Positions 59,001-64,000 of a stretch of DNA of 64,000 nucleotides are shown in pieces (positions within the stretch are counted from its first letter, which is position 1; every line of letters begins with the position of its first letter). Source of the DNA: an uncultured Flavobacteriales bacterium. GTDB lineage: Bacteria; Bacteroidota; Bacteroidia; Flavobacteriales_D; Crocinitomicaceae. The notes under the pieces are model-generated. The model was not told where the DNA came from. It saw nothing but the letters and a program-made list of their open reading frames with translations, and made no database searches. The stretch is taken from assembly GCA_963977135.1 (NCBI GenBank), contig CAXBNN010000009.1:6771-70770 (forward strand), read 5' to 3'. The position numbers were made by a program, and so were the translations under genes.

Positions 59001-60347
59001 CCTTGGTTGAGAGGTGTTATTGATGCGGATGATTATACGCCAAATAACTGGATTAGATCAGGTAGCTTTACAGCCGATCCTGCCACAACATATCCATTCC
59101 CGCCAGTTGAACTTGGCTCGGAACGTTATGAAAGTGGTCAGTGTTATAGAGATGAGATAGGAAAAGATCCAAACAAACGTTGGACAAAAGTGCTTAATGG
59201 TACTATGGCACCTCATTCATTAGTAGGTTACCAATGTGACTTTATGCCATTGGCTTACTACAAAAGCTCTCAAAGTTACCCAACTGCACCAGAATCAACA
59301 CCTGGAGCGGCAAGAAATAACGCAGCTTTGGCTTTCTCTCCGAGTATAGACATTGTCATAACAAAAGATCAATCACTTTGGACAAAATGTCCAGTAATTG
59401 AGTTGGGTAGAGATCCAGCTTTGAATGTTGGTAATGCAAAACCAGGTGGATTAAGAAAGCAAGCTGGTTTAAATAAAAATGGTATAGCCGACGGATCAAA
59501 TCCAGATGGTATGAGTTGGTTCCCAGGTTACGCTATAGATATTGAAACTGGTGCGCGTTTATTCATGGCTTTTGGTGAGAATTCTTTCTTAGGTCAAGAT
59601 GGTGGAAATGATATGAAATGGGAACCAAGTGCGAACCTTTATGGTCCTACTGGAGCTGCTTTGTTAGGAGGTCAGCATCCTATCTACGTTTTCTCTCACA
59701 AACAAAAAGAAATAAATGGGGCTAGTAGTCTTTACGATATGGGTTATTACAATGAAGGCAGTACTGAACTGTTCGACTTGATGACCAATATGGTTGACAA
59801 CAACAGTAATACTGCTAAAACTAACTTCTACAATAGTTTGACTTGGATTGGTTACCCGCTATTAGCGCCAAATCGTTCTATGTTTGAAACTACTGTGAGA
59901 ATCAGAGTTAGAGTAAACAAAGAATATAAAACGTTTAATGCTACAGGAGAAAATAATGGTAAGCCGAAGTATTCATGGTCTATGGATGAGTTGACACCTC
60001 GTAAGTCAGATAGAAATGCTTTAGCGGATATTTTGAACACAATTAGAGTTGTCCCTAATCCATATTATGCTTATTCTGAATATGAGCGTAATAGATTGGA
60101 TACTCGAGTGAAAATCACCAATCTACCTGAAGTATGTAATGTGAATATTTATACTACAAACGGTAAACTGGTGCGTTCTTATAAAAAGGATAGTCCAATA
60201 ACAAGTATAGATTGGGATTTAAATAATTTTAAGTCCATACCTGTATCTAGTGGTGTGTACTTAGTACATGTTGAAGTTCCAGGCATTGGAGAAAGAGTTC
60301 TTAAATTCTTCTGTGGAGTTCGTCAGGTTGACCTTCAAGGTATATAA
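56073..60347 (+). CDS. 1424-aa secreted protein with T9SS-type C-terminal sorting domain, function unknown
   Basis: Signal peptide MKKVSVRFLLVTIAMFSAQLVFA. The last ~100 aa, VVPNPYYAYSEYE..RVKITNLPEVCNVNIYTTNGKLVRSY...WDLNNFKSIPVSSGVYLVHVEV...KFF, fit the Por_Secre_tail / FlgD-Ig-like pattern. No catalytic motif recognised. Confidence 0.7.
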   Translation: MKKVSVRFLLVTIAMFSAQLVFAKEDVGGKSQNGSPNKPALITSKAAGCDPSNTVLTMEFNDVRALLQQGGRMFERPGTQVAAYEVPKNSGLYAIFAGSLWMGGVDANGQLKLAAVRFRSVGNDFWAGPLTVNSNSGNYDPSVPGADDVVRDFGPADINNSECKAYDKFFTIRKGEVINFVTWWNYTNGFSTVAVDDINAEVLNRIINWPAHGDVGLGQDYFLAPFYDNTIKNGANNAYNPIEDGDYPWYDDILGKDDIECGIDRRISLFGDETHWWVFNDKGNIHTETGGDPIGMEIRAQAFGFATNDEVNRMTFYNYELINRGVQTLFTTYFSQWLDPDLGNAQDDYVGCDVSRGLGYCYNGDNNDQSASSNIGYGLNPPAIGIDFFEGPYLDADGIDNPGPIFDSINNVYIPPAIQNALDSNGIVYRGIGTGYSDGVIDNERFGMRRFTYFTNGASFPYSDPSSAAQYYNFMQGSWANGSEMVYGGTGAIGTPGATNIPSDYMFPDDSDPLNWATAGTDPGFDWSEASTDGAGNSTQPGDRRFVQSAGPFTLRPGAVNNITVGIAYGRGNAGDLFSSVRALKRADTKAQALFDACFKILDPPNAPRLIIQELENELILTLDNPVGSNNYREEYEEIDEINIVDPGVDRYYRFEGYQIYQLVSASASIADIADQTKARIVGQCDLRNFEKNSAGIDNPEKPIKDLINFEFDEELGFDIPTLKVSGSNTGIKHSFKITEDLFAQGTRTLVNHKTYYYVAVSYGFNNYSDYDPNDASKVNGQKIKYIASRLGYDQTAIKPVEAIPHNPAPEAGGTYQFAEYGITPKITRIDGHGNGGRVLELTAESEKQILSNGFMAKPEYQKGKGPINIKVVDPLNVADGYYECIFRDYNTNGSLLGNAADTARWTINRYVDGNLVESVKSDTMISIDNEQLIPQWGVSVQIYQNKHFIEVGNGTLTQETTDILESTLEFTDSSKPWLRGVIDADDYTPNNWIRSGSFTADPATTYPFPPVELGSERYESGQCYRDEIGKDPNKRWTKVLNGTMAPHSLVGYQCDFMPLAYYKSSQSYPTAPESTPGAARNNAALAFSPSIDIVITKDQSLWTKCPVIELGRDPALNVGNAKPGGLRKQAGLNKNGIADGSNPDGMSWFPGYAIDIETGARLFMAFGENSFLGQDGGNDMKWEPSANLYGPTGAALLGGQHPIYVFSHKQKEINGASSLYDMGYYNEGSTELFDLMTNMVDNNSNTAKTNFYNSLTWIGYPLLAPNRSMFETTVRIRVRVNKEYKTFNATGENNGKPKYSWSMDELTPRKSDRNALADILNTIRVVPNPYYAYSEYERNRLDTRVKITNLPEVCNVNIYTTNGKLVRSYKKDSPITSIDWDLNNFKSIPVSSGVYLVHVEVPGIGERVLKFFCGVRQVDLQGI

Positions 60348-60353
60348 TACAAA

Positions 60354-61427
60354 GTGCAAAAAATGAGAAATTCAATGAGATCAATCAAAAATAAGATGTT
60401 TATTGGTGCACTGCTTTGCAGTTTTGCAGCAACAGCTGGAAATGAGGATCGAGTAGGTTCGTCAGGGGCATCTCAACTTTTAGTAAATCCATGGGCACGT
60501 AGCTCCGGTTTAGGTGATGCGAACATTGCATCGGCTGTAGGTTTAGAGGCAAGCTATATTAACATCGCAGGTTTGGCTTTTACAGACAAAACGCAATTAA
60601 AATTTAACACTGGAAATTGGATGGGTAACGCAGGTATCAGTATGATGTCTGCCGGAATTGCTCAAAGAGTTTCGGAACAAGGTGTTTTAACTTTAAGTGT
60701 GCAGTCTTTGAACTATGGTGACATAGATATTACGACTGTGAACCTTCCAGAAGGTGGTATTGGAACGTTTTCGCCGAGAACGAACATTATTAATGTTGGG
60801 TATGCCAAAACATTTTCAAGTTCAATCCATGCCGGAATTAACTTTAAACTTATTTCCGAAAGCATTTCAAATGTGAAAGGTACTGGAATTGCAATCGATG
60901 CAGGTATTAAATACATTACAGGAGAGCAGGACCAAATGAAGTTTGGTATTACCTTGAAAAATGTTGGACCAACGCTAAGATATAAAGGTGATGGTTTTAC
61001 GAATCAAGCGACTTACTCTTCAACTGGTAACGTAACTTCTTTGGATCAAAGAGTGCAAGCATACGAGTTACCATCGCTACTTGGAATTGGTGCATCATAT
61101 GATTTCATTGTTGATGAGAGAAACAAGATTGTTGCAAATCTAGGATATACCGCAAATTCATTCTTTTATGATCAATTTAGATTAGGAGTGGATTATGGTA
61201 TGACAACAGAAAAATTTGCTTTTAACTTAAGAGGTGGATTCGTTTACGAGAAAAATCTATTCTCTGTTGAAAACAGATCTAATGCTATGCTAGGTCCAAC
61301 TGGAGGTTTTTCAATAGATGCTTTAGTTGGTAAAAACAAGACGGCTCTTGGTGCAGAATATAGCGCGAGGTTTGCTGGGGTTTTTGGTGTAATTCACACA
61401 TTTGGTATTACGATAAGTTTGAAATAA
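60354..61427 (+). CDS. PorV/PorQ-like outer-membrane beta-barrel
   Basis: 357 aa (GTG start; ATG alternatives at 60363 and 60375). After the signal peptide, GSSGASQLLVNPWARSSGLGDANIASAVGLEASYINIAGLAF parallels the PorV N-terminal motif (..FL.i..dARa.GMGd.gvA....s..wNPA.laf). Alternating beta-strand pattern, ends in ...GITISLK. Confidence 0.6.
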   Translation: MQKMRNSMRSIKNKMFIGALLCSFAATAGNEDRVGSSGASQLLVNPWARSSGLGDANIASAVGLEASYINIAGLAFTDKTQLKFNTGNWMGNAGISMMSAGIAQRVSEQGVLTLSVQSLNYGDIDITTVNLPEGGIGTFSPRTNIINVGYAKTFSSSIHAGINFKLISESISNVKGTGIAIDAGIKYITGEQDQMKFGITLKNVGPTLRYKGDGFTNQATYSSTGNVTSLDQRVQAYELPSLLGIGASYDFIVDERNKIVANLGYTANSFFYDQFRLGVDYGMTTEKFAFNLRGGFVYEKNLFSVENRSNAMLGPTGGFSIDALVGKNKTALGAEYSARFAGVFGVIHTFGITISLK

Positions 61428-61452
61428 GATAAAGCTTAATTATATTTGCTAG

Positions 61453-61490
61453 ACAAGAGGGTCCAATTTGGGCTCTCTTGTTTTCATTTT
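61453..61490 (+). terminator. rho-independent terminator after the PorV-like gene (also lies in the greA leader)
   Basis: acaagagggtcc / gggctctcttgt forms a 12-bp stem (2 G-U pairs) with a 5-nt loop, then ttttcattttt. Confidence 0.7.
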
Positions 61491-61514
61491 TATTAAATTG
61501 ATAAAAGGAATAAA

Positions 61515-61991
61515 ATGTCACAAATATCATATTATACAGAGGCCGGTTTAAAGAAATTGAAAGATGAACTTCATGACATGAAAACTGTTCAACGACCTTC
61601 TATTAGCGAGCAAATAGGCGAAGCTAGAGATAAGGGTGATTTGTCGGAGAACGCTGAGTACGATGCGGCAAAAGAAGCGCAAGGAATTCTCGAGATGAAG
61701 ATTGCAAAATTGGAGGCTATACTTGCAAACGCGAGAATTGTTGATGAAACCAATATGGATGATTCAAAAGTTTTCATTCTTTCAACCGTGAAAATCAAGA
61801 ATCTTGCCAACAAAGCTGAAATGAGTTACACTTTGGTTGCAGAAAATGAAGCGGATTTGAAAGTTAAAAAGATATCTATTGATTCGCCAATTGGTAAGGG
61901 CCTTTTAGGAAAAAAGAAAGGTGATATCGCGAATGTTGAAACTCCAAATGGAATTATAAAGTTCGAAATAATTGATATCTCAAGAGGATGA
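61515..61991 (+). CDS. greA: transcription elongation factor GreA
   Basis: 158 aa. Y.T..G..KL..EL......RP.I...I..AR..GDLSENAEYDAAKE.Q is the canonical GreA coiled-coil. C-terminal domain SPIGKGLLGKKKGD. Confidence 0.95.
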   Translation: MSQISYYTEAGLKKLKDELHDMKTVQRPSISEQIGEARDKGDLSENAEYDAAKEAQGILEMKIAKLEAILANARIVDETNMDDSKVFILSTVKIKNLANKAEMSYTLVAENEADLKVKKISIDSPIGKGLLGKKKGDIANVETPNGIIKFEIIDISRG

Positions 61992-62377
61992 GTTCAATTT
62001 TTAAAAAAATAATTGACGGAGAAATCCCTGCGCATAAAGTAGCAGAGTCAGATAAACATTTGGCTTTTTTAGATATTCAGCCTTTGAGAAAAGGTCATGT
62101 TTTGGTAATTCCAAAAAAGGAGACTGATAATATCTTTGATATCGAGGATAATGAACTTGGTGAATTAATGATTTTTGCGAAAACCGTTGCAAAAAAAATA
62201 GCCAAAGAGTTTCCATGTAGAAAAGTTGGCGTGGCGGTTGTAGGACTTGAGGTTCCGCATGCGCATGTGCATCTAATTCCGATTAATCAAGTATCGGATA
62301 TGGATTTTAAGCAGGCTAAATTGAACTTATCGAACGAGGAATTGGCAAGTATCGCCGAGCGCTTGAGTAAGGCATAG
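61988..62377 (+). CDS. HIT-family (HinT-like) nucleotide hydrolase
   Basis: 129 aa. IFKKIIDGEIPA...LAFLDIQPLRKGHVLVIPK...VPHAHVHLIP (histidine triad). Confidence 0.9.
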   Translation: MSSIFKKIIDGEIPAHKVAESDKHLAFLDIQPLRKGHVLVIPKKETDNIFDIEDNELGELMIFAKTVAKKIAKEFPCRKVGVAVVGLEVPHAHVHLIPINQVSDMDFKQAKLNLSNEELASIAERLSKA

Positions 62378-62400
62378 TTATTGGAACATACTCGTATAGA

Positions 62401-63483
62401 ATGAAAAGTATATTTATGAGAAGATTGTTTAAGCTTATCCTTGCGTTTTTGTTTGGGAGTCCAGCTTTTTCACAAAAAACGGCCCAAGAAGATTTAAATA
62501 TTTTGTTTGTTGGTAATAGCTATACTCATATGAATGAGATGCCTTTTATTTTTGACAAAATAGCGAAATCCAAAGGGAAATCAGTCCATGTGGAAATGAA
62601 TACTAGAAGTGGATCATCTTTTCAAATTCATACGACAAGACCCGATTTGTTCCAAACGATTAAAAGCAGAAAATGGGATTTTATAGTTTTACAAGGCTAT
62701 AGCCGAGAACTATCCTATGAGCCCGAATATTTGGATACAGCGACAATGCCATATATCCAACAAATTCTAGATAGCGTTTACCTAAATGATTCTTGTACCA
62801 ACGTTCTATTATATATGACTTGGGGATATAAAGAAGGATTTCTTGAGAGAGAAGAAACGGATACATATGAAAAAATGGCAGATAAAATTGCTGCAGGTTA
62901 CCAATATTTGAGCGATTCATTGAATTTACCAATCGTTCCAGTTGGAATGGTTTGGAAAAATGTCAGAAAAAAATATCCTGAAATAGAACTATATGATGCT
63001 GATAAGGCACACCCAAGTAAAAACGGCTCTTATATTGCTGCGAGCAGTTTTTACACAGCAATATTTAATGAATCCCCAGAAGGAGCTATAACCTCGACTA
63101 TAAGCAATGAGATAGCACCAAAAATTCAAAAAATGGCAGCTACTTATGTTCTAGAAAACTATAAACGGTATAAACTTGAAGTGAACACCTATAGTATTAA
63201 AGATATGAGAACCGTAGATGGTAAATACATGATGTATGGAAAATCCAATTTTCCGGAATCGACATCAATTCACTGGGATTTTGGTGATGGCAAAACATCT
63301 ACTGATAAAAACCCTACGCATCGTTATCTAAATCCAGGAGTGTACAAGATTGTGCTTACTGTTGAGGATGTATGTGGAACTCGTGTTATCGAGAGAACCG
63401 CTGAGTTCAAGGAGCCTAAGAAGCCAATCGCAAAACCAACTCCTAAGCCAAAAAAAGGAAATACACCTAAAAAGAAAATTTAA
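62401..63483 (+). CDS. secreted SGNH/DUF4886-like hydrolase-fold protein with PKD domain and Lys/Pro-rich tail
   Basis: 360 aa. Signal peptide, ILFVGNSYTH near the N-terminus, PKD signature HWDFGDGKTSTDKNPTHRYLNPGVYKIVLTVED, tail KKPIAKPTPKPKKGNTPKKKI. Confidence 0.55.
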   Translation: MKSIFMRRLFKLILAFLFGSPAFSQKTAQEDLNILFVGNSYTHMNEMPFIFDKIAKSKGKSVHVEMNTRSGSSFQIHTTRPDLFQTIKSRKWDFIVLQGYSRELSYEPEYLDTATMPYIQQILDSVYLNDSCTNVLLYMTWGYKEGFLEREETDTYEKMADKIAAGYQYLSDSLNLPIVPVGMVWKNVRKKYPEIELYDADKAHPSKNGSYIAASSFYTAIFNESPEGAITSTISNEIAPKIQKMAATYVLENYKRYKLEVNTYSIKDMRTVDGKYMMYGKSNFPESTSIHWDFGDGKTSTDKNPTHRYLNPGVYKIVLTVEDVCGTRVIERTAEFKEPKKPIAKPTPKPKKGNTPKKKI

Positions 63484-64000
63484 TTCTTCAAAATTGCGCT
63501 TTTAATTTTTCTAAAAGGCCAAAAAATAATTGATTTAAACTTATTGTAAACAGTCGTTAATGGTTCCAAATATTTAGTGAATATAACGAATACCGTAATA
63601 AATCCAATCGCAGAAAGAATCGCCTGCAATGGAGTCAATGAATCTTTTATGTATTGGTTTAATCCGAAACCAAATATTCCACTGTAAAGAATAATAACGT
63701 GAACAATATATATTTGCAAGGTATTTTGACCAACTTTTAAAAACAATGAGTCTTTTACATTCAAGTATTTTTCAACAAACATTAATATTCCAATCACTAT
63801 TAATACCTGTCCAAGACGACCGTAAAGCCAGGAGTTAAATGATAAATCGATAACACTATCTGAATGAAGAAATTTGAAAATTAAATCAACTGTTTCAAAA
63901 ATAGTGTAACCAAAGAGGTTGAGGGCCAATCCTAATCCAATAAAAGTGATAGGGAACCAATCTTTTCGCACGTAGGCGTGAAATCTATTTAAAAGAGCAC
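63480..64000 (-). CDS. integral membrane protein, acyltransferase/DUF1624-like (C-terminal part; the gene runs off the right edge)
   Basis: The frame stays open upstream of the GTG at 63971 all the way to position 64000 (..ALLNRFHAYVRKDW..), so the gene is truncated by the window. About 5 TM segments. GQNTLQIYIVHVIILY motif. Confidence 0.4.
   Translation of the reverse strand, partial: ALLNRFHAYVRKDWFPITFIGLGLALNLFGYTIFETVDLIFKFLHSDSVIDLSFNSWLYGRLGQVLIVIGILMFVEKYLNVKDSLFLKVGQNTLQIYIVHVIILYSGIFGFGLNQYIKDSLTPLQAILSAIGFITVFVIFTKYLEPLTTVYNKFKSIIFWPFRKIKSAILKN

Overview
This is a 64-kb chromosomal segment from a low-GC Bacteroidota genome that looks Flavobacteriia-like. The assignment rests on a T9SS C-terminal sorting domain, a PorV-like barrel, a GxxExxY gene, TAnnTTTG -7 boxes, short or absent leaders, and carboxypeptidase-regulatory TonB receptors. 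All calls come from reading the ORF track and the DNA by eye; no BLAST or HMM search was run, so family names are motif-level recognitions.

Layout, left to right:
1. 1-3.6 kb: minus-strand genes for envelope and ion-channel proteins (alginate-export-like porin fragment, Ig-like secreted protein, TMEM175-type K+ channel, secreted protein, Crp/Fnr regulator).
2. 3.6-5.5 kb: a solitary tyrosine recombinase with a repeat-dense 3' flank and a small Zn-ribbon ORF.
3. 5.5-14.7 kb: an unusual cluster of three B12-type radical-SAM enzymes, each followed by a class I SAM methyltransferase, plus a GT4 glycosyltransferase and a wHTH/nucleotidyltransferase-like protein. The cluster is interrupted by a MITE-like inverted-repeat element.
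4. 14.9-23 kb: housekeeping genes (pyrH, frr, OmpA-family, truncated globin, lipoprotein, thioredoxin-like, monomeric icd).
5. 23-41.6 kb: a 19-kb single-strand, tightly coupled polysaccharide locus. It holds about 6 GT-B-type glycosyltransferases plus a DUF6625-like putative one, AsnB-type amidotransferase, the WbpG/HisH/HisF acetamidino triad, a glucuronyl C5-epimerase-like protein, two acyltransferase-3 genes and the Wzm/Wzt ABC exporter.
6. 41.7-50.6 kb: rlmH, nadC, a repeat-flanked GxxExxY cassette, and a split thiamine regulon (thiS-thiC-thiE-like-thiD divergent from thiE-thiG-thiH), each arm behind its own TPP riboswitch.
7. 50.7-52 kb: an archaeal-type GGGP-synthase homologue overlapping an Sfp-type PPTase.
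8. 52.3-61.4 kb: a tight three-gene operon (giant TonB-receptor-like barrel, 1424-aa T9SS-CTD cargo, PorV-like barrel).
9. 61.5-64 kb: greA, a HIT protein, an SGNH+PKD protein and a partial membrane protein.

No rRNA, tRNA or CRISPR array was seen. The best candidates for an undescribed system are the iterated rSAM/methyltransferase cluster (5.5-14.7 kb) and the TBDR-like/T9SS-cargo/PorV-like operon (52.3-61.4 kb).
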